DNA of 64,000 nucleotides from Erysipelotrichaceae bacterium (GTDB lineage: Bacteria; Bacillota_I; Bacilli_A; RFN20; CAG-449): assembly GCA_015059095.1 (NCBI GenBank), contig SVBA01000010.1, forward strand, positions 30 to 64,029, read 5' to 3'. Positions within the stretch are counted from its first letter, which is position 1, and each line of letters starts with the position of its first letter. Position numbers and translations under genes: made by a program. This document shows, piece by piece, positions 1 through 8,916 of this stretch. The notes under the pieces are model-generated. The model was not told where the DNA came from. It searched no databases and saw only the letters and a list, made by a program, of their open reading frames with translations.

Positions 1-55
1 TAGGGAATAAACAAAGATTTGATAGATTTTATTAGATTTTTGGTAACGAAAAGTT

Positions 56-1273
56 ATGATTAGATCGTTATTATTTATTTTATTTTTTATAGTCTGTGGT
101 ATTGGTGTAGGATTATTAATTTACACAAATGCTAAAGGACAACCAAAAAAGAAAGGAGTAGTAGACTTCTCGTTTTCAGCGAAAAACAAGGCTAAATTAA
201 ATAAAATTGGTGGAAGCATTTTAGGTGCTGGATTATTATGTACAATTTTAATTCCAAGTTCGTTTCATCAAGTAGAAGCAGGACAAGTTGCCGTTGTTAA
301 AAGTTTAGGTACTGTTAAAGCGACTAGAACTCCAGGAACATATTTTGATTTTTATATGTTCAATGAATATATTGTTTTTGATACAACTGTTCAAAAATTA
401 GATATTGAAACTGTATCATATTCTAGCGACGCTCAAACTATGGATATTGCAATGACTATCCAATATAAGATTGACCCAGGTAAAGCGGAAAACATCTTAA
501 CTGAATATACAAATATGGAGTCTTTAGAACAACGTATTGAAAAAGTAGCAGATGACAACGTAAAAGCAATTTTATCAAAATATACTGCAATGGAAATTAT
601 TGAAACTAGAGCAGCAATCTCACCAGAAGTTGAAAAAGTAATTAGACAATCAGTTGATGAACATTATTATGTTACTATTACTGCTGTTAACTTAACGAAT
701 ATTGATTTTACAGATGAATTTGAACAATCAGTAGAAGATAAAGTAATTGCAGAACAACAAAAAGAAGCAGCAATTACTAAAGCGGAACAAGAATTAGAAG
801 TAGCAAAATTAACTGCACAAGCTAAAATTGAAGCGGCAAGAGGTGATGCTGAATCTCAAAAAATTATTGCTTCTGCAGCAGCAAAAGCTATGGCATTAAA
901 AATTGTCGAAATTGCTTCTTCTCAAGGTTATGAAGTAAAAGAAACATATACTAAATCGACTGAAACCGTATTAACAAATATCGAAACTGGAGAAGTAATA
1001 TCTTCTTTAGTAAATGAGGAAAGTGTTGATGTTAAGCCTCAAGAAAGTGTAACTATTGAAGAAAAAGATAATGTTAGAACAACTATTACAACAACCCTAA
1101 TTGATACTCATTATTCGATTCAATATGATGCAACACATACTCAAGAAAACATAAAAGGAGTTTTAGATTTTGTAAAATATATTGAATACCTTGAAAAATG
1201 GGATGGTAAACTTCCAAGTGTTACTACTGGTAGTGGTAGTACTGATATTATTGTGCCAAGTACAGGTTTATAA
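56..1273 (+). CDS. SPFH/Band-7 (prohibitin/HflC-like) membrane protein with a coiled-coil, Ala/Glu/Lys-rich C-terminal extension
   Basis: N-terminal TM helix. The SPFH core (QVAVVKSLG...TQDAMTI-like block) is followed by an AEQQKEAAITKAEQELEVAKLTAQAKIEAARGDAESQKI coiled-coil typical of stomatin/HflK/C proteins. Confidence 0.7.
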   Translation: MIRSLLFILFFIVCGIGVGLLIYTNAKGQPKKKGVVDFSFSAKNKAKLNKIGGSILGAGLLCTILIPSSFHQVEAGQVAVVKSLGTVKATRTPGTYFDFYMFNEYIVFDTTVQKLDIETVSYSSDAQTMDIAMTIQYKIDPGKAENILTEYTNMESLEQRIEKVADDNVKAILSKYTAMEIIETRAAISPEVEKVIRQSVDEHYYVTITAVNLTNIDFTDEFEQSVEDKVIAEQQKEAAITKAEQELEVAKLTAQAKIEAARGDAESQKIIASAAAKAMALKIVEIASSQGYEVKETYTKSTETVLTNIETGEVISSLVNEESVDVKPQESVTIEEKDNVRTTITTTLIDTHYSIQYDATHTQENIKGVLDFVKYIEYLEKWDGKLPSVTTGSGSTDIIVPSTGL

Positions 1274-1287
1274 TAGAAAAATGCAAG

Positions 1288-1324
1288 GATGGGCAAATAT
1301 TTGTCCATCTTTGTTTATTTTTAG
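1288..1324 (+). terminator. rho-independent terminator after the SPFH gene
   Basis: GATGGGCAAA/TTTGTCCATC stem followed by TTTGTTTATTTTT. Confidence 0.5.
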
Positions 1325-1384
1325 ATAAAAAAGTAGATAAATGTAAAAAAGTAAAAATATTTTAAATTAATTCAAAAATAAATG

Positions 1385-1413
1385 TTGATTTTATATCTTG
1401 TTTTCCTTATAAT
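1385..1413 (+). promoter_or_regulatory. sigma-A-type promoter for rpsU
   Basis: TTGATT (1385-1390), 17-bp spacer, TATAAT (1408-1413), about 45 nt upstream of the rpsU start. Confidence 0.45.
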
Positions 1414-1456
1414 TATCAATGGTTGAAGCAAAAAGCTTAAAAAAGGGGTGAACAAG

Positions 1457-1630
1457 ATGCCAAAAACAGTCGTTAGAGAAAACGAAACATTAGATGATGC
1501 ATTACGCAGATTTAAGAGACAAGTTAACAAAGCTGGAACCCTTCAAGAAGCAAGAAAACGCGAATTCTATTTAAAGCCAGGTATGAAGAGAAAACTTAAA
1601 TCTGAAATGGCTCGTAGAAATCATTATTAA
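1457..1630 (+). CDS. rpsU: 30S ribosomal protein S21
   Basis: [42 protein letters not shown]... is canonical S21. SD AAAAGGGG lies 8 nt before ATG 1457. The ORF-track start at 1448 is GTG and lacks an SD. Confidence 0.9.
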   Translation: MPKTVVRENETLDDALRRFKRQVNKAGTLQEARKREFYLKPGMKRKLKSEMARRNHY

Positions 1631-1645
1631 TTCTTAGAAGACATA

Positions 1646-1672
1646 AAGATCGGGTTATCCGGTCTTTTTTTG
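1646..1672 (+). terminator. rho-independent terminator after rpsU
   Basis: AAGATCGG-gttat-CCGGTCTT hairpin (one G.U pair) followed by TTTTTTT. Confidence 0.55.
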
Positions 1673-1703
1673 TTAACTAGGAAATTATATATTTTAACTA
1701 TAA

Positions 1704-2105
1704 ATAATAAATTATTCGTTTGTAAATGAAGGAAGAACATTATTATATTTAAAAGGTTGTGGAGATGCTACTCCTACTAAATTAGAAGATGTAAATCAAA
1801 TTAATGTACCTTCATTAAAAAAGGAATGGCAAGTATATACATCTCATAAAGGTTATGAAAAAATCTTTACAAGTGGATTAATTAAGGCTCTTAATAAGTT
1901 AGAATGTAATGATGTTATGAATGATGTTGTTATTTCTATTGCAGATGGAGTAGTAATTGTTGGTTTTTCTTATTCTGATGAAGCAATGGTGATTCCAATG
2001 CGTAATGAATATGAAACAAAACATTTAGAATTAAAAGAAGAAAATTATAAAGTATTTAAAATGATTAATAAAGCATTAATCGAAAATGATAATTTTGTAA
2101 AATAA
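1704..2105 (+). pseudogene. start-less open frame (about 134 codons), possible N-terminally truncated gene remnant; alternatively a 62-aa ORF from ATG 1917
   Basis: The frame is open from the stop at 1701-1703 to TAA 2105. There is no ATG/GTG/TTG before 1917, and no SD precedes ATG 1917. No recognisable family. Confidence 0.2.
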
Positions 2106-2226
2106 AGCTTATAATATTCTAGATAAAGTAGATATAGTAATGGAAGAAGTTGTTATTAAATAACTTCTTTTTATTATCTTTAGATAAGAAATTTAAAAAA
2201 TGTAAAAATACTTTTTCTAAAACAGA

Positions 2227-2294
2227 AGACTTTTTAGTGAAAAACACCGACTCTACTGTGAGTAGAGTTGAGAGTAACCAAAAAGTAACTACCA
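2227..2294. repeat. intergenic palindromic repeat element, copy 1 (core ACTCTACT-GTG-AGTAGAGT at 2250-2268)
   Basis: About 68 bp and roughly 85% identical to copy 3 at 18773-18840 (AGACTTTTTAG...AAAAACACCGAYTCTACTGTGAGTAGAGTTGA...CTACCA). The palindromic core is shared with 14081-14101. Confidence 0.6.
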
Positions 2295-2344
2295 CCTATA
2301 TATAAAATTAACATATAATTTGATTAAGAAGAGTGGTGATTATA

Positions 2345-2938
2345 ATGTTTAAGGAAAAATTAAAAGAATTAAGAGAAAAGAATAAAATATCTCAATATGA
2401 ATTAAGTACAATTATTCATGTTTCTAGAGCTGCTATAGCAAAGTGGGAAAGTGGAAAAGGTATTCCAAATAAAGAGAATATAAAAGTTTTAGCAGATTAT
2501 TTTAAAGTTAGTAAAGAGTATTTATTAGATATTGATGATTTATATCAAGAACTAAATAAAAGAGACAAAATAAAATCTAATATAAAATATCATCTACCAG
2601 TTATCTTTTTATCAATTGTCTTATTAATCTTAACAGCAGTCGAATTATTTGTGTTTGTTAGGGAGGGGATACATATTGCAAACCCACGTTATTATCCTAA
2701 TTTATCTATATTAACAGTGCTTAAAGGTTGGTCACTTATTCCTATAGGTATTTACATTATAATGATCATATTTAATATTTTATTTATATACAATACTTGG
2801 GAAATATCTAATAAAATAAGATTAATAATTTGTGTTTTATGTTCTATATTAGTTTTAATTTTATTTATTACGACTTTCATAATATCTTATGTGTTAATTG
2901 AACCACAAAACTATGGAATGTTTTGGAAACCACATTAA
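2345..2938 (+). CDS. membrane-anchored XRE-family HTH transcriptional regulator (N-terminal HTH_3, C-terminal 3-4 TM helices)
   Basis: LKELREKNKISQYELSTIIHVSRAAIAKWESGKGIPNKENIKVLADYF is a Cro/C1-type HTH, followed by hydrophobic segments. SD GAGTGGTG lies 6 nt before ATG 2345. The ORF-track start at 2333 is GTG. Confidence 0.75.
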   Translation: MFKEKLKELREKNKISQYELSTIIHVSRAAIAKWESGKGIPNKENIKVLADYFKVSKEYLLDIDDLYQELNKRDKIKSNIKYHLPVIFLSIVLLILTAVELFVFVREGIHIANPRYYPNLSILTVLKGWSLIPIGIYIIMIIFNILFIYNTWEISNKIRLIICVLCSILVLILFITTFIISYVLIEPQNYGMFWKPH

Positions 2939-2951
2939 AAGGAGGTATTAA

Positions 2952-3695
2952 ATGATTAATGAATTATTATTAACAGTCGCTTTATTAAGCAACAATATAT
3001 CTTACATTTCTACGCCTAAGGGGTCTACTGTTACGGTGTATACCAATAATGAACTTAGTTCAATTCTAATTTCTCAATATAATCAAATTTCAGATGCATA
3101 TTTTACTTCTGATATAAGAATTTCAGATGCTTCAAAGATATATAATAATTATTCTTACACTTTTTATTCACAAAATATAGATGAAAACGAATATTGTATA
3201 GATGATGCTTATCTATATATTAATGATGGAAGTTACATAGAAGTACCATATTCACAAGTACAAGTAAGAGATAGAATTGTATATTTTGATGAAGATGATA
3301 ATATAGTACATTCAGGTGTAGTAAGAGGAACAACAGGACAAACACCTAATGGAGTATGTGGATATTCTAATACTGTATTAGTTCAATCTAAATGGGGATA
3401 TTATGGATTATATGAACATAGAGGAGATCAGTGTCCATATACTAGTTTAGTAAATGGTGGGGCAGCAACTTATGTAAAATTTTATAGATATAATATGTCT
3501 CATACTCATAGTTATTCCTATGATGTATTTGATTCTAAATATCATTATTCGTCATGTGAATGTGGAGATGTTATAGTAGAACATACATTTGAACTTCAAT
3601 CAATATTTCCTTTAAGTAATGAGTATGATCCAAATTACATACCTAGTTATGTATGTACTGATTGTGGATATGTATCTAGAACTGGTGGATTATAG
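2952..3695 (+). CDS. hypothetical Tyr/Asn/Ser-rich protein with a C-terminal 4-Cys module (paralog of the 3802 gene C-terminus)
   Basis: SD AAAGGAGG before ATG 2952. The C-terminus YHYSSCECG...H...YVCTDCGYVSRTGGL aligns with YHYNYCKCG...H...QYCTCGAENPYYNDFGGL of the next gene. No catalytic Cys motif was found. Confidence 0.55.
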   Translation: MINELLLTVALLSNNISYISTPKGSTVTVYTNNELSSILISQYNQISDAYFTSDIRISDASKIYNNYSYTFYSQNIDENEYCIDDAYLYINDGSYIEVPYSQVQVRDRIVYFDEDDNIVHSGVVRGTTGQTPNGVCGYSNTVLVQSKWGYYGLYEHRGDQCPYTSLVNGGAATYVKFYRYNMSHTHSYSYDVFDSKYHYSSCECGDVIVEHTFELQSIFPLSNEYDPNYIPSYVCTDCGYVSRTGGL

Positions 3696-3801
3696 GAGTA
3701 ATAGTTTATGAAGAATAGATATTTATTTATAGGTGATTTGACTTTTAGTATAGAAAGGTAAATATGTTATTTTATTCTTATATTATAGAAAGGAGAAAGA
3801 T

Positions 3802-5019
3802 ATGAATAAATTTATTACTATTATTACTTTAAGTGGATTATTATTTGGAATGTCATCATTGGCTTTTACTGGTCTTCCTCATAAACATTCACATTATAAA
3901 AAGACTTCGAGTTATAAAGATTTAGGTGGTGGATCCGATGAAATATCAACATATGCAGTTAGTTCGAGTAAAACAAATTTAGTTAAATATTATACGAATT
4001 TAACTAATAATTTTGGAAACAATTTTTCTCAGTCTACTTGTGGATATGTTGCGATGGGTATGTTATTAACTTATTATGATGCTATATTAAATGGAAATAT
4101 CGTACCAAGTGTTTATGATGCAAAGAGTAATTATTCATCGATTAAATTAGATACATCTACAGCTGAATCACCAGGTTCGGATTTTGATACCAATTCTTCT
4201 TTTGCAAATCCACAAATTTATTGGAATCATTTAAATGTTACTCAACATACCAACTTACACGCAAAATTGTGCATTATCGGAACTACTTATGATAATTCGA
4301 CAAGCGGTTTAGAAAATATGACTTATATGAATGTATTTGGGACAAATTTAGATATTAATTTATATACATTAAATTCATATTTACAATCGTTAAGTACATC
4401 TTTCAGTTACACAATTGACTATAAGGCCTATGATAAAAATGTGGCTACGTATGGAAACGCAACTTCTTACGAACAAGTATTTGATTTTATTATTGATGAA
4501 ATTGATGCAGGAAGACCTGTTCTAATTGGTTTTAATGGGCATGCAAGAATTGCTTATAATTATGGATATACAAATGAACATATTTTTTATTTACATGAAG
4601 GTTATGTTGATACATTTAAACCACGATTAACTACAAATGGTCAATTAAAACTTTCATATTTAAATAGTAATGAAAGTTCGATTTCCGGTATTACTAAATT
4701 ATCAGCTATTTCTTTACATTTTGATGATTCGACTACAGTTTCTCCTGGATATAATTATCATTCAACATATTATAATGATGATAATACTTTTTTTGGAGCG
4801 TATACAAATCATAATACACATTATTATACATATAATTGTAGATATATAAGTAACAATTATCATTATAATTATTGTAAATGTGGATTATATCAACAAGAAT
4901 TGCATGCTTATAGGAAAGATATTACCTATTCTGAGCAATATTGTACTTGTGGAGCAGAAAATCCATATTATAATGATTTTGGTGGATTATCGAGTAAGGA
5001 GGAAGAATATGAAGAGTAA
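3802..5019 (+). CDS. secreted papain-fold cysteine peptidase-like protein (C39-like domain) with a C-terminal 4-Cys module
   Basis: Signal peptide MNKFITIITLSGLLFGMSSLAF. QSTCGYVAMGMLLTYYD matches the C39/C39-like Cys motif (Q..CG..A..M.L.YYG). GRPVLIGFNGHARIAYNYGY matches the His motif. SD AAAGGAGAAAG before ATG 3802. Confidence 0.6.
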   Translation: MNKFITIITLSGLLFGMSSLAFTGLPHKHSHYKKTSSYKDLGGGSDEISTYAVSSSKTNLVKYYTNLTNNFGNNFSQSTCGYVAMGMLLTYYDAILNGNIVPSVYDAKSNYSSIKLDTSTAESPGSDFDTNSSFANPQIYWNHLNVTQHTNLHAKLCIIGTTYDNSTSGLENMTYMNVFGTNLDINLYTLNSYLQSLSTSFSYTIDYKAYDKNVATYGNATSYEQVFDFIIDEIDAGRPVLIGFNGHARIAYNYGYTNEHIFYLHEGYVDTFKPRLTTNGQLKLSYLNSNESSISGITKLSAISLHFDDSTTVSPGYNYHSTYYNDDNTFFGAYTNHNTHYYTYNCRYISNNYHYNYCKCGLYQQELHAYRKDITYSEQYCTCGAENPYYNDFGGLSSKEEEYEE

Positions 5020-5869
5020 AAATTTGTTTTTAAAATTAATGATAGCATTTTTATCTATAACTAATGTATCTTGTGATTCGTCTTTTGTTTCATCAAGTGA
5101 TTCAACAAAAATATATTTAGATCCTTTAACTATGACATTAGAAGATTATAAGGGGATAGACTTCCGTGATGTAGTTGATGGTGAAGTTAAGTTGAGAGAA
5201 CCTAATGATGTAAGTAATATAAAAATTGAAGATGATAGAGAACCATTAGAAAATGAAATTAAGATACCAATATATATTTATGAAAATGATAAATTCGATG
5301 TAGCAAGATATCAGTATTTTATTAAAGGTGAAGATTATAGAGGATATCCGTACTCTAGTAATCATGTAGATACAGAAAGTAGTTGGGAAAAAGAAGGACG
5401 AGATTGGGGAGGAATAGGTTCAAAACCATATATAATTGGTTTTTATGAAGATTCTAAATTTGAAAAATTAATTGATCCTAATAAATTTATATCATTAGAT
5501 GAATCTATTAAAGAAATTCATGTTAGAAGAGCACAAGAACATTATGTTCCGAATCAAATGTATACTGGAACTTATAAATCAGAAAACTTAAATGTAGTTG
5601 CAGATGGAAGAAATTTTGATATTTATTTTGATAATATTCATTATAAAATTATAGGTAAAGGTACAGGTGGAGAATTTCACATAAAAGAAATGTATATAGA
5701 TAATGAATTAGTAGAAGATTTGGAGAATTATGAATTTTTACCAGAAATTATTTCATATTCAATTAACCATGCTATTTATTTTTGTTTCTGGAAAAATGGA
5801 ACAACTGTTATTCCGTTTTCGGAAATGGCAATTAGTGAAATAGCATATAGTGCAATAGCGAATTTATAA
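5009..5869 (+). CDS. hypothetical lipoprotein (final gene of the 2345-5869 operon)
   Basis: SD AGGAGG precedes ATG 5009, giving an 11-nt overlap with the upstream gene. Signal peptide with lipobox-like ...LSITNVSC. The ORF-track start at 4880 lies inside the upstream gene. Confidence 0.6.
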   Translation: MKSKNLFLKLMIAFLSITNVSCDSSFVSSSDSTKIYLDPLTMTLEDYKGIDFRDVVDGEVKLREPNDVSNIKIEDDREPLENEIKIPIYIYENDKFDVARYQYFIKGEDYRGYPYSSNHVDTESSWEKEGRDWGGIGSKPYIIGFYEDSKFEKLIDPNKFISLDESIKEIHVRRAQEHYVPNQMYTGTYKSENLNVVADGRNFDIYFDNIHYKIIGKGTGGEFHIKEMYIDNELVEDLENYEFLPEIISYSINHAIYFCFWKNGTTVIPFSEMAISEIAYSAIANL

Positions 5870-5910
5870 TTAACTTAATAAAAAGTCATACTTTTAGAAG
5901 CTATATAATT

Positions 5911-5942
5911 TAGACTACCATTAGGTAGTCTATTTTATTTTG
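5911..5942 (+). terminator. rho-independent terminator of the 2345-5869 operon
   Basis: TAGACTACC-atta-GGTAGTCTA followed by TTTTATTTT. Confidence 0.75.
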
Positions 5943-6066
5943 TTTACAGTTTAACAAAAACTATAAAAAAATATGTTGTTTTTTAACTATATTATATATA
6001 TAATAAACCCATAAAGTTTAGTTTTACTAAACAAAATAATTACAATATTTAAACAAAGGAGGGAAT

Positions 6067-6600
6067 ATGAAGTTAGGTAAGAAGATAAAAGAACTCCGTA
6101 CTTTATGTAATCTAACTCAAGAAGAGTTAGGAAATCGTACAGAACTGACAAAAGGGTATATTTCGCAGATAGAAAATGATCTTACAGAACCTTCAATTTC
6201 TACTCTGGAAGATATACTTAAGGCGTTAGGAACTAATCTAGGAGATTTTTTCTCTAGTCAAAATACTAATCAAGTTGTATTTAAGAATGGTGATTATTTT
6301 GATAAGGAAGCCGATGGTTATAAAATTAGGTGGCTTGTTCCAAATGCACAAAAAAATGAAATGGAACCTATATTAGTAACTATATATCCGAATGGACAAA
6401 CTGATAATGATTATCCTCATGAGGGTCAAGAATTTGGATATGTATTAGAAGGTGAATTATTATTGTGTATCGATAATAAGAAACTGAAAGTTAAAAAGGG
6501 TGAAACATTCTATTATGATTCTAACAAGAATCATTATTTAAAAAATGTTAAAGATAAGATATGTCGAGTTATTTGGGTTAGTAGCCCACCAAACTTTTAA
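6067..6600 (+). CDS. HTH (XRE) plus cupin-domain transcriptional regulator, PuuR-like
   Basis: N-terminal HTH_3 (LTQEELGNRTELTKGYISQIEN). The C-terminal cupin_2 fold (GYVLEGELLL...) is the architecture of polyamine-responsive PuuR regulators. It lies immediately upstream of potABCD. Confidence 0.8.
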   Translation: MKLGKKIKELRTLCNLTQEELGNRTELTKGYISQIENDLTEPSISTLEDILKALGTNLGDFFSSQNTNQVVFKNGDYFDKEADGYKIRWLVPNAQKNEMEPILVTIYPNGQTDNDYPHEGQEFGYVLEGELLLCIDNKKLKVKKGETFYYDSNKNHYLKNVKDKICRVIWVSSPPNF

Positions 6601-6617
6601 TTAATGGAGGTAGTAAT

Positions 6618-8132
6618 ATGAAAAAAGAAGATGTAATTTTAGAACTAATTAATGTCAATAAAAAATATGACGATAGTTTTGCAGTAGAAAATTTTAATTT
6701 GTATGTTAAAAAGGGTGAATTCGTTACTTTCTTAGGTCCTTCTGGTTGTGGTAAAACAACAACTTTAAGAATGATTGCAGGTTTTGAATTACCTACTAGT
6801 GGTGAAATTTTATTAAATGGTAAAGATATTTCTCAATTACCTCCATTTAAAAGACCATTAAATACAGTTTTCCAAAGATATGCATTATTCCCACATTTAG
6901 ATGTTTATGATAATATTGCATTTGGTTTAAAACTTAAAAAGATTCCATATAAAACAAAAGATAAAAAAGGAAATTTGGTAACTAAATTAAGAAAATTTAC
7001 TAGAGAAGAAATTGATGAAAAAGTTACTAAAGCTTTAAAAATTGTTGACCTAGAAGCTTTTGAAGGAAGAAATGTTTCTACTCTTTCAGGTGGTCAACAA
7101 CAAAGAGTAGCGATTGCTAGAGCAATCGTTAATGAACCTGAAATTTTATTATTAGATGAACCTTTAGGTGCTTTAGACTTAAAAATGAGAAAAGAAATGC
7201 AACTTGAGTTAAAAGAAATGCATAGAAAATTAGGTATCACATTTATCTATGTTACTCATGATCAAGAAGAAGCTTTAACAATGTCAGATACAATTGTCAT
7301 TATGAAAGATGGACAAATTCAACAAATTGGTACTCCACTTGATATTTATAATGAACCTCAAAATGCTTTCGTTGCAGACTTTATTGGTGAATCGAATATT
7401 TATTCTGGAACAATGATTGGTGAAAAGAAAGTTAGATTCTTAGGTAAACAATGGGATTGTGTTGACTCTTTCCCAATTAATGAAAAAGTTGATGTTGTTG
7501 TTAGACCTGAAGATATTAAAATTAAACCATTAGGTGAAGGAAATGTTAATGCAAAAATCGTTAATAAGATTTTCAAAGGAATTAACTATCAATTTACTGC
7601 GATGGTTGGTAATAATGAAGTATTAATTCAATCAACTAATGATAGAGCAATCAATCAAGAAGTTTCTTTATCTATTAAACCTGAATTAATTCACATTATG
7701 AAAAGAGAATTCTCTACTAATAGATACAGTGATGCTTACATTGATAAAAACAACCAAGTTGTATTTGCTGGAGTTTCTTGGGATTGTGATGTAACTCAAA
7801 TTTTACCAGGATCTTCATTAAATGAAGAAGGATATTTAATTTCTAAAGATGGTAAAAAATATGATTTAAGTGATTTTGATGTTATCGCAGATATTGATAT
7901 GCACGATATTGAAATTAGTGATGACTTAGAAGATGGTAATATAGTTGGTGAAATTATCCAAATGGTTTGGAAAGGTGACCACTATCAATTAATTGTTAGA
8001 ACAGAGGATGAAGAAGACTTTGTTGTTGATACAGTTTGGACTTGGAATGAATTTGATAAAGTAAGTGTAAAAATTGACCCTAAAAAGATTAAATTAAAAG
8101 CAAAGGCAGATTTATCAAAATATGAGATTTAA
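6618..8132 (+). CDS. potA: spermidine/putrescine ABC transporter ATP-binding protein with a C-terminal extension of about 130 aa
   Basis: Walker A GPSGCGKTT, Q-loop, signature LSGGQQQRVAIARA, Walker B ILLLDEPLGALD. Length is 504 aa versus about 370 typical. Confidence 0.9.
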   Translation: MKKEDVILELINVNKKYDDSFAVENFNLYVKKGEFVTFLGPSGCGKTTTLRMIAGFELPTSGEILLNGKDISQLPPFKRPLNTVFQRYALFPHLDVYDNIAFGLKLKKIPYKTKDKKGNLVTKLRKFTREEIDEKVTKALKIVDLEAFEGRNVSTLSGGQQQRVAIARAIVNEPEILLLDEPLGALDLKMRKEMQLELKEMHRKLGITFIYVTHDQEEALTMSDTIVIMKDGQIQQIGTPLDIYNEPQNAFVADFIGESNIYSGTMIGEKKVRFLGKQWDCVDSFPINEKVDVVVRPEDIKIKPLGEGNVNAKIVNKIFKGINYQFTAMVGNNEVLIQSTNDRAINQEVSLSIKPELIHIMKREFSTNRYSDAYIDKNNQVVFAGVSWDCDVTQILPGSSLNEEGYLISKDGKKYDLSDFDVIADIDMHDIEISDDLEDGNIVGEIIQMVWKGDHYQLIVRTEDEEDFVVDTVWTWNEFDKVSVKIDPKKIKLKAKADLSKYEI

Positions 8133-8916
8133 AAGAAAGTATTTATCAATTCCTTATATTTTATTTCTTATTTGTTTTGTTGTAATTCCAATATTATTTA
8201 TTGTTTATTACGCATTTACAAATAAAGGCGGTCAATTCTCATTTTCAAATTTAGTCAAATTTTTTCAAGATTCCACAAATGTCAATGTCTTATTAATTTC
8301 TTTTGTTTATGCGATTGCGAATACACTAATTTGTTTAGTGATCGGTTATCCTTTAGCAATGTTACTTGCTAATAAAAATATCAATAAGTCTTATGTTCTA
8401 GTTATGTTATTTATTATGCCTTCTTGGATTAATTTCGTTATTAGAACATCTGCAACTAGAGATGTATTAAACTGGATTGGTTTATCAACTGGTGAACATT
8501 CTCAATTAACTACTATTATTGGTTTAGTTTATAACTATTTACCATTTGTTATCTTACCTTTATATACTACTATGTTAAAAATGGATAAAAATCAAATTGA
8601 GGCTAGTAAAGATTTAGGTGCTAATAGTGTACAAACATTCTTCAAGGTTATTATTCCAATGACAATGCCAGGTATTGTTAGTGCTGCTACTATGGTCTTT
8701 ATGCCTACTTTATCTTCTTATGTTATTTCTGATATTTTATCAGAATATAACGTTGTATTATTTGGTAGTTATATCGACTTATATTTCAATCAAGCTGACT
8801 GGAACTTTGGTTCTTTCATGGCTTTAATTATGCTTCTATTAATTGGAGTTAGTGTTCTTATTTCAAGAAAATTCTCTAATGAAGATGAAACAGGAGGGAG
8901 GGCTTCTATATGGTAA
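8122..8916 (+). CDS. potB: spermidine/putrescine ABC transporter permease
   Basis: Six TM helices. ABC permease EAA-like loop (EASKDLGANSVQTFFKVIIP). Start overlaps potA. Confidence 0.85.
   Translation: MRFKRKYLSIPYILFLICFVVIPILFIVYYAFTNKGGQFSFSNLVKFFQDSTNVNVLLISFVYAIANTLICLVIGYPLAMLLANKNINKSYVLVMLFIMPSWINFVIRTSATRDVLNWIGLSTGEHSQLTTIIGLVYNYLPFVILPLYTTMLKMDKNQIEASKDLGANSVQTFFKVIIPMTMPGIVSAATMVFMPTLSSYVISDILSEYNVVLFGSYIDLYFNQADWNFGSFMALIMLLLIGVSVLISRKFSNEDETGGRASIW

Noticed and set aside
4880-5008. Long N-terminal extension of the lipoprotein gene (ORF-track start 4880, overlapping the peptidase-like gene by 140 nt)
   Set aside because: A strong SD (AGGAGG) precedes ATG 5009. The 5009 start gives a canonical lipoprotein signal peptide, and the upstream extension lies inside the preceding gene's conserved C-terminal Cys module.
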